Shown: positions 33,101 to 41,793 of the stretch, piece by piece | Layout of the letters: every line of letters starts with the position of its first letter | Position numbering within the stretch: the first letter of the stretch is position 1 | Source of the DNA: Nitrosomonadaceae bacterium | GTDB taxonomy: Bacteria > Pseudomonadota > Gammaproteobacteria > Burkholderiales > Nitrosomonadaceae | NCBI GenBank assembly: GCA_919902625.1 | Contig: CAKKRO010000170.1 | Span: 1 to 54,776 of the forward strand | Direction of reading: 5' to 3' | Length of the DNA stretch: 54,776 bases | Notes under the pieces: generated by a model | Databases searched by the model: none | Told to the model about the DNA's origin: nothing | Seen by the model: only the letters and a program-made list of their open reading frames with translations | Made by a program: the position numbers and the translations under genes

Positions 33101-33704
33101 AAATACCCTGCTGCGTATGTTGCTGTCCGGCAGGCGTTCTCAATGCCCAGGCCGCATAGTGCAACGCCTTGTTCAGGCGTGATTCATTTTCTGCTTCCGC
33201 TTCCATCCATTGCGTCACTTTAGTGGCAAAAACCAGTTCAGAGAAAGCTTCATCAAATTCCGCCGCCAATTCTTTTTCAAGCCTCAGGCCATCAATTGTG
33301 TCCAATTCTGCATCCCTGACTTTTCCTTTGGCCCGGCGCTGGACAAATTGCCGCTTGCAGAAATAAAGCGGGGCCAGCTCATGATGCCTTGCAGCCAATT
33401 GCTGCACTTCATTTTCAATATTGAATAGCCGGGCAATAAAATCTTCCAGCCAGGGTGCAATCTCAATCAATAGCGCAGAATCATCTTTGGCCGGCAATTC
33501 ATCAGGATACGCACGCGCGTGCTCGAGCCTTTTACACAGCACCTCATCGCCGGTACGGAGAAAATCCAGAAATATCTGATCCAGTTTAACCAAACCACTG
33601 CGACGATAGAGATCGGTAATTGTGAGCCCGAAATTAAAATCCGGTGAAGCGGTCATTGCTTCTTGTTGAACGTACAACGTTTTATCCAAGTTTTTCATAA
33701 TCAA
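30150..33704 (-). CDS. Fused GltD/NfnB-like plus PyrK/NfnA-like flavo-iron-sulfur oxidoreductase
   Basis: CIWCH...C...GCP...C..TGHRICNDCMKSC (two 4Fe-4S, GltD-type), VGMGPAG (FAD) and IGGGLTAID (NAD(P)). C-terminal PGQF, MGPTG, AGGGLG and MQCMMKEICAQC...SC (FNR-like plus 2Fe-2S). Confidence 0.85.
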   Translation of the reverse strand: MIMKNLDKTLYVQQEAMTASPDFNFGLTITDLYRRSGLVKLDQIFLDFLRTGDEVLCKRLEHARAYPDELPAKDDSALLIEIAPWLEDFIARLFNIENEVQQLAARHHELAPLYFCKRQFVQRRAKGKVRDAELDTIDGLRLEKELAAEFDEAFSELVFATKVTQWMEAEAENESRLNKALHYAAWALRTPAGQQHTQQGILFKSPAKLDFQHLLTLDTDDSAGYPVHRLGHLRERNGFELTDAGTDLMGALDEANYCIWCHEQGKDSCSKGMIQKSKLPDEPLTFKKSELGALLTGCPLEERISEFHKLKTQGVAVGSLAMIALDNPMCAGTGHRICNDCMKSCIYQKQEPVDIPQAETRTLKDVLALPWGFEIYSLLTRWNPLNLRRPVPKPASGRKVLVVGMGPAGYTLAHHLMNEGHTVVGIDGLKIEPLPEEISGVNQQGERVPFKAIRLASELEENLNQRMPAGFGGVAEYGITVRWNKNFLKLIRLLLERREEFALFGGVRFGGTLTTDDAFAIGFDHVALAAGAGRPTVLNLPNGLARGVRAASDFLMALQLTGAAQSDSIANMQLRLPVVVIGGGLTAIDTATEALAYYPVQVEKFLKRYEILTAVQGEAAVREVWDEEEKEIADEFLGHARAIRAERQAAEREERAPRIIGLLQSWGGATIAYRKRLADSPSYTLNHEEVEKALEEGIWFAEGLTPVRVNVDPWEHIRSVKFAVQKQDETGQWQDAGEVELSARALLVAAGTQPNTVLAREDEKLFKLNGRYFTACDEEGNPVQPPYANPKPDTAMVLLSRYKDSQDGRFISFFGDLHPSYSGNVVKAMSSAKQGYPVVNRVLERVKPKSDQPAQQFFAGLNNQLRPTVYKVERLAPNIIEVVVHAPMAAEHFQPGQFYRFQNYATLATTAGDTRLAMEGLALTGASVDIARGLVSLIVLEMGGSSNLCAMLKPGEPVVLMGPTGAPTEIPSGETVVLAGGGLGNAVLFSIGAAARAAGSRVLYFAGYKKLVDRYKVAEIEAAADIVVWCCDESPGFAATRPQDKSYVGNIVQAMVAYASGELGAQPVALADADHIIAIGSDRMMAAVGVARHNQLKSYLKADHFAIGSINSPMQCMMKEICAQCLQPHQDPETGKVTYVFSCFNQDQPLDQVDFAGLATRLRQNTVQEKLTSRWIDRCLKTGV

Positions 33705-33767
33705 TTATTTATTTAACGTTTTATTATTCTGCATAACTATCTGATACACAATCAATGATACCCTGCG

Positions 33768-33935
33768 CTAGGAGCCTGCCGGACTTAAGCAATCGTCACG
33801 AGCCAAGTGGGAGAACGAGTACGGATTTTCTTAATTTTGAGGCGCATAGCTAGACTATGCAACGAAAAATTGAGGAAATATGAACCGTTATCCCATTGGT
33901 GCGGTAGATTAGTCTTAATTCCGGCAGGCTCCTAG
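33768..33935. mobile_element. 168-bp MITE-like element (family B), most intact copy
   Basis: Ends are CTAGGAGCCTGCCGGACTTAAG and CTTAATTCCGGCAGGCTCCTAG (21/22 match), with CTAG at both termini. It contains nested internal inverted repeats and has no ORF. Confidence 0.85.
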
Positions 33936-33950
33936 TTCCAAAAATACTCA

Positions 33951-35153
33951 TTACTGATTCTTCTCATAATCAGATAACCACTGGACAAATTCATCAGGCA
34001 GCATGGGTTTTGCAATAAAATACCCCTGTATTTCATCGCACCCAAGCTCTGCGGCCAATTCGTAGTCTGCCTGAGTTTCAATACCTTCTACGACTACATT
34101 CAGGCCAAAAACCTTGCCTAATTTTATACTCAACTCAAGAATTGCACGAGCGGATGCGTCCTTGGTAGCCCCGTGCGCAAAGATCCGGTCTATTTTGAGT
34201 TCAGTAAACGGCATATATTTGAGTGTTTCCATGGTCGCATAACCTGTGCCAAAATCATCAATGGATAATCCAAATCCTTTAAGCCTTATTCGCGTCAAAA
34301 TGTCCAAGCTTCTTGCAAAATCTTCCCCCAATTTACTTTCAGTAATTTCCAGAATGACCCGGTCAATTGGTACATTACAGCCGCGCACCGCTTCTTCATA
34401 AATTTCCGGCAAATTAAACCGATCCAGATTCTGCATTGAAACATTGACGGAAATTTTCAAATCCAATCCCTGCTGTAACCATAAATCCAACTGTTGCGCG
34501 GATTTTTTTAAAATATTCCGTGTAAAATCATTGATCAAACCACTTTGTTCGATAATTGAAATAAAATTGTCAGGAGAAATATAACCATATTGCGCATGCC
34601 GCCAACGCGCCAAACATTCAACACTCGTTACACGAGCGCTGGCAGCGGAAATTTTGGGTTGATAGAACATATCGATGTGGTCATCAATCAGCGCTTGCCT
34701 GATTTCTTCCACATCAAAAATTTGTCTTATTCTGGAAGGATCCACATTTGCTCGAATCGGCAACGAAAGCTGCTCCAGTATCGCCGCCAGAGCGCCGACC
34801 GTAACAGGCTTCGCCAATGTTCCAATGACATTCAATCCACGTACAACGGCCAACCGTTCGGTTGCTTTGAGCAAACCAGCATCCACACCTGAGAATAATA
34901 CAATTTTGCCACCATATTTTTGGTCCGCAATATTACGCAGAAACTCAATGCCATCCATACCCGGCATTTCAATATCAAAGATCAGCAGATCCACAATGGC
35001 GACTTGAGCAGACAACACAAACAAACCCGCTTTACCATCTTCGGCAACAAGCACTTCACTGACACCCAGCTCCCTGAGCAAATGACTGACAAAATTAAGC
35101 ATAAATTTGTCGTCATCGAGCACCAGTACACGTATATTTCTTTCTTTGTTCAT
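33951..35153 (-). CDS. Response regulator with EAL (c-di-GMP phosphodiesterase) output domain
   Basis: Receiver (LDDD, DIEMPGMDG, KP) plus EAL with intact ECL, NVS, EITE, DDFGTGY, KID, EGIE and QGY. Confidence 0.92.
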   Translation of the reverse strand: MNKERNIRVLVLDDDKFMLNFVSHLLRELGVSEVLVAEDGKAGLFVLSAQVAIVDLLIFDIEMPGMDGIEFLRNIADQKYGGKIVLFSGVDAGLLKATERLAVVRGLNVIGTLAKPVTVGALAAILEQLSLPIRANVDPSRIRQIFDVEEIRQALIDDHIDMFYQPKISAASARVTSVECLARWRHAQYGYISPDNFISIIEQSGLINDFTRNILKKSAQQLDLWLQQGLDLKISVNVSMQNLDRFNLPEIYEEAVRGCNVPIDRVILEITESKLGEDFARSLDILTRIRLKGFGLSIDDFGTGYATMETLKYMPFTELKIDRIFAHGATKDASARAILELSIKLGKVFGLNVVVEGIETQADYELAAELGCDEIQGYFIAKPMLPDEFVQWLSDYEKNQ

Positions 35154-35309
35154 CCGGGCAATTTAATCAAACACTCGTATATAACATCATCAACTGGTTC
35201 GGAGAATTACCCGTTCATTATAAAAACAGCAGCTTATATTAACGTGTTTTAAGAAAAACAGGTGCCGGTCTCGTAATCAGAAGTCTTCTCGCAACTCCAA
35301 TTATCTTAT

Positions 35310-35561
35310 TTATTCCGGATTGATTTCTGTTGCCTGTTTTATGGGTATCAACCATTTCAGAATAGTATTGACCAGCAAATCAGGATCAACCGGTTTAGCT
35401 AGAAAATCGTTCATACCCGCAGTTTCTTTTCCATGCTGAACCATAGCGGCAACAGCACCTGAGCATTCCAGAATTTCCTTGACAACCTGCTGATTCATTT
35501 CATTATCCTCAGCCACCAGAATAATAATCCCTTTTAGTTCCTGATGATTATTTCGCATCAA
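35310..35561 (-). pseudogene. Internally deleted receiver domain (remnant of a hybrid-kinase-type REC)
   Basis: ILVAEDNEMNQQVVKEILE...HGKE joins directly to AGMNDFLAKPVD. The segment carrying the phosphoacceptor Asp (MDxxMP) is missing. Confidence 0.7.
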
Positions 35562-35595
35562 AGTTTAACTATCCTGCCGTTTCCTGGATTCTCGT

Positions 35596-36879
35596 TTATT
35601 CCTCAGCAGGGGAAATCATACCGGCTGCCACCGTATTATTACTGCTTTCATCAATGACAATAAAGCACCCGGTTGAACGGTTGCGTGCATAGTCGTCACA
35701 TACAAGGGGCTGCTGCACTTTCAATCCGACATGGGCTATATCATTCATTTTCAATGTATTTGTTGCCTCATGAGCCATAGTATTGACATCGACTCGATAA
35801 TCAATGCGGCTTATGACCGCTTTGACCATGCGGGTCGATTGCTTGATCAGGTACTTCCGGTTAGGATCGAGTGGTTGCTCAGAAAGCCAGCACAACATCG
35901 CATCAAATGCTTTGGTAACCCGTGGGGTTTCACCGGTCTTTACCAGCACATCCCCTCGGGAAATATCCAGATGATCTTCAATGGTCAACGTGACGGATTG
36001 TGGAGCGATCGCTTCATTAATGGGGCCTTCATACAGGATAATCTCCTTGATGCGCGAGGTCAGACCCGATGGGAGCACCGTAATATTGTCTCCAACGTGT
36101 ATGGAACCGGATTCAATACGTCCCATGTATCCACGAAAATCATGCAGTTCCTTGGTTTGTGGCCGGCACACCCATTGCACAGGAAAACGAAAGTCCTCAT
36201 GATTAATATCATCTTCAATGGAGACATTTTCCAGCAAATCTATCAGGGTGGAACCTTGATACCAGTTAAGCTGATCCCCACGCTCGACCACCATGTCCCC
36301 ATTGAGCGCAGACATCGGAATATATTCGATATTACGTAGATTAAGCTTTTCTGCAAAAGCCGCGAAATCCTGACAGATCTTTTCAAAAACCGGCTGCGAA
36401 TAATCCACCAGATCCATTTTGTTGACCGCCACTACCAGATGAGGAATACCCACCAGACTTGCCAGATAAGCGTGACGGCGTGATTGTGTGAGCACGCCCT
36501 TGCGCGCATCAATCAAAATAATCGCCAGATTGGCGGTCGATGCACCTGTGACCATATTGCGCGTATATTGCTCATGGCCCGGTGTATCCGCAATAATAAA
36601 TTTGCGCTTGGGTGTGGCGAAATAACGATACGCCACATCAATAGTAATCCCCTGCTCGCGCTCAGCTTGCAATCCATCTGTCAGCAAGGACAGATCCACG
36701 CCTTGCATACCGCGCTTACGTGTCGTGTTGGTAATCGACGTTAATTGATCCTCAAAAATAGACTTTGAGTCATGCAGCAGGCGACCAATCAAAGTGCTTT
36801 TGCCGTCATCCACACTGCCTGCGGTAATGAAGCGTAATAACCCGGTTTGATCAAACGAAATTTTTTCAATTGCCGACAT
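35596..36879 (-). CDS. cysN: Sulfate adenylyltransferase subunit 1
   Basis: AGSVDDGKSTLIGRLL, EREQGITIDVAYRYF, DTPGHEQYTRNM and NKMD. No fused APS kinase. Confidence 0.97.
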   Translation of the reverse strand: MSAIEKISFDQTGLLRFITAGSVDDGKSTLIGRLLHDSKSIFEDQLTSITNTTRKRGMQGVDLSLLTDGLQAEREQGITIDVAYRYFATPKRKFIIADTPGHEQYTRNMVTGASTANLAIILIDARKGVLTQSRRHAYLASLVGIPHLVVAVNKMDLVDYSQPVFEKICQDFAAFAEKLNLRNIEYIPMSALNGDMVVERGDQLNWYQGSTLIDLLENVSIEDDINHEDFRFPVQWVCRPQTKELHDFRGYMGRIESGSIHVGDNITVLPSGLTSRIKEIILYEGPINEAIAPQSVTLTIEDHLDISRGDVLVKTGETPRVTKAFDAMLCWLSEQPLDPNRKYLIKQSTRMVKAVISRIDYRVDVNTMAHEATNTLKMNDIAHVGLKVQQPLVCDDYARNRSTGCFIVIDESSNNTVAAGMISPAEE

Positions 36880-37011
36880 CTGGAAACCTTTTGGAAATTC
36901 GTATCACCGCAAAATTTAGAAGCAAATTGTTAGGAATGGGCAGAGGCAGGATTTATTCCCCTGACTGAATGCGGTGTTTACTCAGTCATTTTCACTGCTC
37001 ATGCATTCATT

Positions 37012-37917
37012 TTAGAAATAGCCTTCTTTCTTGCGTAGCTCCATGGAAGCATCCGATGTTTGGTCATCCATACGAGTGGCGCCTCTTTCAGTAATACGCG
37101 TCATGGCAGTTTCAGCAATGATTTCTTCAACATTGGCTGCATCTGATTCCACCGGACAGGTGCAACTCATATCCCCTACCGTTCGGAAGCGCACAATCAT
37201 TTGCTCCATTTTCTCGCCCTCTTGCGGCTGCACCAGATGAGAAACCGGCAGCAAACCCGCAGCACGGCGAATCACGGCACGCTGATGCGCGAAATAGATC
37301 CTGGGTACTTCCAGTTTCTCGCGCGCGATATATTCCCAAACATCCAACTCAGTCCAATTACTGATTGGAAATACACGGATATTCTCGCCAGGATGTGTCC
37401 GGGTATTATAAATATCCCATAATTCCGGGCGCTGATTTTTTGGATCCCATTGCCCGAATTCATCGCGGAAAGAAAAAATCCGCTCTTTGGCGCGCGCTTT
37501 TTCCTCATCCCGGCGTGCGCCACCGATACAGGCATCAAATTTGAATTCTGCAATGGCATCCAGCAGCGTCACTGATTGGAAAGCATTACGGCTCTGATTC
37601 TCCGAGCGCAGCACCACTCTGCCTTTTTTGATGGAATCTTCCATACTGCGCACGATCAATCGCTCACCCAATTCCTTGACGCGTTGATCACGAAACTCGA
37701 TCACCTCGGGAAAGTTATGCTCCGTATCAATATGCATGAGTGGAAATGGAAAGCGCCCGGGGCGGAATGCCTTCTCAGCCAAGCGCAGTAAAACGATCGA
37801 ATCCTTACCACCGGAGAACAGCAGAACCGGATTGGCGCATTCCGCCGCCACTTCGCGCATAATATGGATCGCTTCACTTTCCAGCGCATCGAGATGGGTA
37901 AAGGGAGGGTTATTCAT
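37012..37917 (-). CDS. cysD: Sulfate adenylyltransferase subunit 2
   Basis: LFSGGKDS, GGARRDEEKARAKER and RFRTVGD. Start moved to ATG 37917. Confidence 0.97.
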   Translation of the reverse strand: MNNPPFTHLDALESEAIHIMREVAAECANPVLLFSGGKDSIVLLRLAEKAFRPGRFPFPLMHIDTEHNFPEVIEFRDQRVKELGERLIVRSMEDSIKKGRVVLRSENQSRNAFQSVTLLDAIAEFKFDACIGGARRDEEKARAKERIFSFRDEFGQWDPKNQRPELWDIYNTRTHPGENIRVFPISNWTELDVWEYIAREKLEVPRIYFAHQRAVIRRAAGLLPVSHLVQPQEGEKMEQMIVRFRTVGDMSCTCPVESDAANVEEIIAETAMTRITERGATRMDDQTSDASMELRKKEGYF

Positions 37918-38005
37918 TTTCTTTCTCTCAACATACAAAAAATTAAGCAAGCCTCGAACAGGCCGCTTCCAAAAAAATTACGGGTGGCATTGCTATCAAT
38001 AGCAT

Positions 38006-38704
38006 CTATTTTAGCGGGATGATCTTGCCGGTATGCAACCCGCATTCTTTAGTTTCCGGCGCTTCCCACCACCAACGTCCGGAGCGGATATCTTCTCCCG
38101 GTGTAACTGCACGCGTGCAGGGTGCACAACCGATACTGGGGTAAAATCTATCATGCAGCTTGTTATAAGGCACTTCATATTGTTTAAGGTAGCTCCAAAC
38201 TTCTGTATTGGACCATTCAAGCAGCGGATTAACCTTCTGCATGCGATTGCCCATATCGTAAGCAGACACTTTCAAATCCAACCGGGTGGATGCCTGCTCA
38301 CGCCTTATTCCTGTTACCCAAGCGCGTTTGCCATATAAGGCGCGGCGTAATGGTTCCACTTTACGGATATGGCAACACTCCTTGCGCAAATCAATGCTTG
38401 CATAAAAACCATTGACGCCATTCTTGGCCACATAGGCCTCAATCTGTTTCACATTGGGAAAATAAATGCGTAATGGCGTTTTGTACCGCTCCCTCACCGT
38501 CTGCATCAAGTCATAGGTTTCTTGAGGCAAGCGTCCGGTATCCAGACTGAACATATCAATATTAAGCAGGTAACGGTCGATGATATCGGTCAACACCATA
38601 TCTTCGGCACCCAGGCTGTTGGCAAATGTAACCGGCGCATAATCACGTATTGTTTCGACCAGAATAGTGACAACCTGCTCAATTTTTTCTTGCAGTTCAC
38701 TCAT
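38006..38704 (-). CDS. cysH: Adenosine 5'-phosphosulfate (APS) reductase, 4Fe-4S type
   Basis: LDTGRL, ECCHIRKVEPL, SIGCAPCT and KECGLH. The CC...CxxC cluster ligands indicate APS specificity. Confidence 0.93.
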   Translation of the reverse strand: MSELQEKIEQVVTILVETIRDYAPVTFANSLGAEDMVLTDIIDRYLLNIDMFSLDTGRLPQETYDLMQTVRERYKTPLRIYFPNVKQIEAYVAKNGVNGFYASIDLRKECCHIRKVEPLRRALYGKRAWVTGIRREQASTRLDLKVSAYDMGNRMQKVNPLLEWSNTEVWSYLKQYEVPYNKLHDRFYPSIGCAPCTRAVTPGEDIRSGRWWWEAPETKECGLHTGKIIPLK

Positions 38705-39230
38705 TGATTAAACCTGCTGTCGAATTTCCCTTGCGCGGCGCCCGCCGGAATAATGGCAGTTTTTGATCAAAAGAAGCCTGATAAACTTCAGAGAAATCCG
38801 TTAATGCTTTTAAAGCGTCCCCAATTTTACGATCCGGGCGTGGTGCAAAGGCATCAAAACCCACGCGCTGCATATAGAATAACTGATCACGCAATACGTC
38901 GCCGATCGCGCGCAGTTCTCCGGTATAACCCAGGCGCGCGCGCAAGTTATAGGCAATGGAATAACCCCGGCCATCCGAGAATTTCGGAAAATCAACCGCG
39001 ATCACAGAAAATTTATGGATATCGCCTTGCAAATCCTCCGGGCGCTCATCACTGGCCAGCCATACGCCTATTTCAGTACGTTGTTGCAATGCATCGCGTT
39101 GTGCCAGCCATACTTTCAGAGGAACAATCATTTTACCTGCTGCAACAACTACGTTCCCGGCGGATTCCTGCTCATTTAATCGCAGAACAGTCCAGTCATC
39201 CTCAATGATCGCTTTATTTTTTATAATCAT
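38697..39230 (-). CDS. DUF934 family protein (sulfite reductase partner)
   Basis: FPKFSDGRGYSIA..LR.RLGYTGELRAIGDVLRDQLFYMQRVGFD, directly downstream of cysI. Confidence 0.9.
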   Translation of the reverse strand: MIIKNKAIIEDDWTVLRLNEQESAGNVVVAAGKMIVPLKVWLAQRDALQQRTEIGVWLASDERPEDLQGDIHKFSVIAVDFPKFSDGRGYSIAYNLRARLGYTGELRAIGDVLRDQLFYMQRVGFDAFAPRPDRKIGDALKALTDFSEVYQASFDQKLPLFRRAPRKGNSTAGLINE

Positions 39231-39235
39231 CTTGA

Positions 39236-40978
39236 TTAGAACCTTGGAGAATAATAAGGAACCGAATATTGCGCAGGAATGACAGCATGCTTGTCGACGG
39301 ACTCTTCTTCCTCTCCATCAAAATCTGTTGCATACACATGTTCCTTAAAGGGCGTATGACCCATGCGGCGTACCGTATCAATAAAACTTTCGGCTTCTAT
39401 CCGTTCACGCAAATAAACCTGTAACAGGCGATTGATCACTTCAGGTACCTGATTAAAAGTAAAGGACGGGCCGATAATCTTGCCGATCGCACTGTGATTG
39501 CCTTCAGCGCCACCCAATGATACCTGATACCATTCATCATGATCCTTTTTCTCAACCCCGGTAATGCCGATATTGCCGATATGATGTTGCCCGCATGCAT
39601 TCACACACCCTGAGATATTGATGTCGATTTCACCGATATCGTGCTGAAAATCCAGATCCTCAAAGCGCTTGGCAATGGATATTGCCAGCGGTATGGAACG
39701 CGCATTGGCCAAAGTGCAGAATTCCGCGCCAGGGCAACTGATCATGTCTGTCAACAAACCAATATTGGGTGCAGTCAACTCATGTGCAGTCGCTTCCTGC
39801 CATAAACGAATCAGATCTTTCTGCCTGACATCAGCCAACACCAGATTCTGTTTATGGGTAACGCGTAATTCTCCCAAACTATAACGATCAGCCAAATCCG
39901 CAACTACCTCCATTTGCTCAGCCGTCGCATCGCCCGGTGCATTGCCCGGTTTCTTCAATGACAAAACGACAATCGCATAACCGGGAACACGATGCGGTTT
40001 AACATTGCGCGACATCCAGTTGGAAAATGAACGGCTATCCGCTTGGAATGCATTCAGTTGCGAATCATGATCCGCCAGTATTTCATAGGCTGGATCCGTA
40101 AAGAAACTGGCCACGCGATTGACTTCTTCAACGGTTAAAGTGCCTGGACCGTCCTTAAGATCCGCCCAATCGGCTTCAACCTGACGCCTGAACTCATCAA
40201 TCCCCAGAGCTTTTACCAGTATCTTGATACGCGCTTTATATTTATTATCACGGCGGCCATACTGGTTATAGACTCGCAGTATGGACTCCACATAGGTCAA
40301 AACATGCTGCCAGGGCAGGAATTCGCATATTTCACTGCCAATGATGGGGGTACGTCCCAGCCCGCCTCCCACCAGAACACGAAAACCGGTTTTGCCTTGG
40401 GCATTTTTAGTCACCGACAAGCCGATATCATGTGCGCTGATAGCGGCGCGATCTTCCTTGCCCCCGCTGATTGCGATCTTGAATTTACGCGGCAAATAGG
40501 CAAACTCCGGATGAAAAGTGCTCCATTGACGCAAAATCTCGGCATAGGGACGCGGATCAACCACTTCATCCCATGCAACACCGGCGAATTCATCCGATGT
40601 AATATTGCGCACACAGTTACCGGATGTCTGGATGGCGTGCATCTCGACCGAAGCCAGATCAGCCAGGATATCCGGCGTTTCTTCCAACTTAAGCCAATTA
40701 AACTGAATGTTCTGTCGTGTCGTAAAATGACCATAACCACGATCATATTTCCGCGCAATATGCGCAAACATGCGCATCTGCCTTGAAGATATCAGACCAT
40801 AGGGCACGGCAATGCGTAACATATACCCATGTATTTGCATATACAAGCCATTTTGCAAACGCAGAGGCAGAAATTCCTCTTCCGTCAATTCACCGGAAAG
40901 ACGCCGACGTACCTGATCACGGTACTGCTTCACACGCTCATCCACTATTTGCTGATCATATTCATCATAGCGATACAT
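39236..40978 (-). CDS. cysI: Siroheme sulfite reductase hemoprotein (ferredoxin-dependent type)
   Basis: RLQNGLY, TTRQNIQ, QTSGNCVRN, LPRKFK, CPGAEFC and SGCVNACG. Start moved to ATG 40978. Confidence 0.93.
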   Translation of the reverse strand: MYRYDEYDQQIVDERVKQYRDQVRRRLSGELTEEEFLPLRLQNGLYMQIHGYMLRIAVPYGLISSRQMRMFAHIARKYDRGYGHFTTRQNIQFNWLKLEETPDILADLASVEMHAIQTSGNCVRNITSDEFAGVAWDEVVDPRPYAEILRQWSTFHPEFAYLPRKFKIAISGGKEDRAAISAHDIGLSVTKNAQGKTGFRVLVGGGLGRTPIIGSEICEFLPWQHVLTYVESILRVYNQYGRRDNKYKARIKILVKALGIDEFRRQVEADWADLKDGPGTLTVEEVNRVASFFTDPAYEILADHDSQLNAFQADSRSFSNWMSRNVKPHRVPGYAIVVLSLKKPGNAPGDATAEQMEVVADLADRYSLGELRVTHKQNLVLADVRQKDLIRLWQEATAHELTAPNIGLLTDMISCPGAEFCTLANARSIPLAISIAKRFEDLDFQHDIGEIDINISGCVNACGQHHIGNIGITGVEKKDHDEWYQVSLGGAEGNHSAIGKIIGPSFTFNQVPEVINRLLQVYLRERIEAESFIDTVRRMGHTPFKEHVYATDFDGEEEESVDKHAVIPAQYSVPYYSPRF

Positions 40979-41085
40979 ATTTAATTTCCCCGCACACTCA
41001 TTCAACGATGCTCAGTATGATATGCAATAAATTCAATGATATTGGACTATCTTTATTAACCAGAAATTCAACCTGTCTAAATACT

Positions 41086-41316
41086 CTAAGATTCCGTCTT
41101 GCTATAAAATTTCGATACCGGCAATAATAATGCAGCATCCAGCGGAAATTTGGCGCCATACTGCATAATATGATTGACATCAGCATCTTCGTCATGCCTT
41201 AAGGCCATACCGATATAGGCATGTTCACCGCTCTCGCCCACCACAATCCCAATGCGTCCTCCACAACCATTAAACCACGTGACCTGTTTCGGCTTATTCT
41301 CAATATTTGTACTCAT
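41086..41316 (-). CDS. Small hypothetical protein upstream of cysI
   Basis: 76-aa ORF with an AAGGA RBS, on the same strand as the cys operon, with protein-like composition. Confidence 0.7.
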   Translation of the reverse strand: MSTNIENKPKQVTWFNGCGGRIGIVVGESGEHAYIGMALRHDEDADVNHIMQYGAKFPLDAALLLPVSKFYSKTES

Positions 41317-41793
41317 CAATCAATCCTTTGTTTCATTACCGGAAAATTACTGAAACCTGTCAATGAATCAGCAAGTTACCATCACAGCTATTTATCATCG
41401 TGGCATACAGAACAATTGCTTCATTGTCGCCTTAAATGTATTGCCCATTCAGTATACTGCCCGGCTTTTGTTTGAACACTTAAAAATCAGTTTGATACAT
41501 GCCATTACTGTTGCCGGTAGCATATCGCAATCTCGCTATTCTACCAAAAAACCAAACGGTGATCGTCGCATGCGCACTAACCACATATGAAACACAATAC
41601 ATTCATTCCATACAAAAAAGATCAACGCAAGACGGTATCGCCAGAGAAACTGGCAAGTCATACCTTGCAATTGATTCCATTTATTTTTTTGTTTGGCTTT
41701 TTTAGCTGGCGGCATCATAGCAATACATTTTTATAATTCAAAATAATATTATGTTAGATTTATATAACCATTTATTATTAGCAGGTGTTATTT

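Noticed and set aside
30150-33704. Calling the oxidoreductase gltD
   Set aside because: It is more than twice the size of GltD, has an extra FNR/2Fe-2S module, and no gltB is adjacent.
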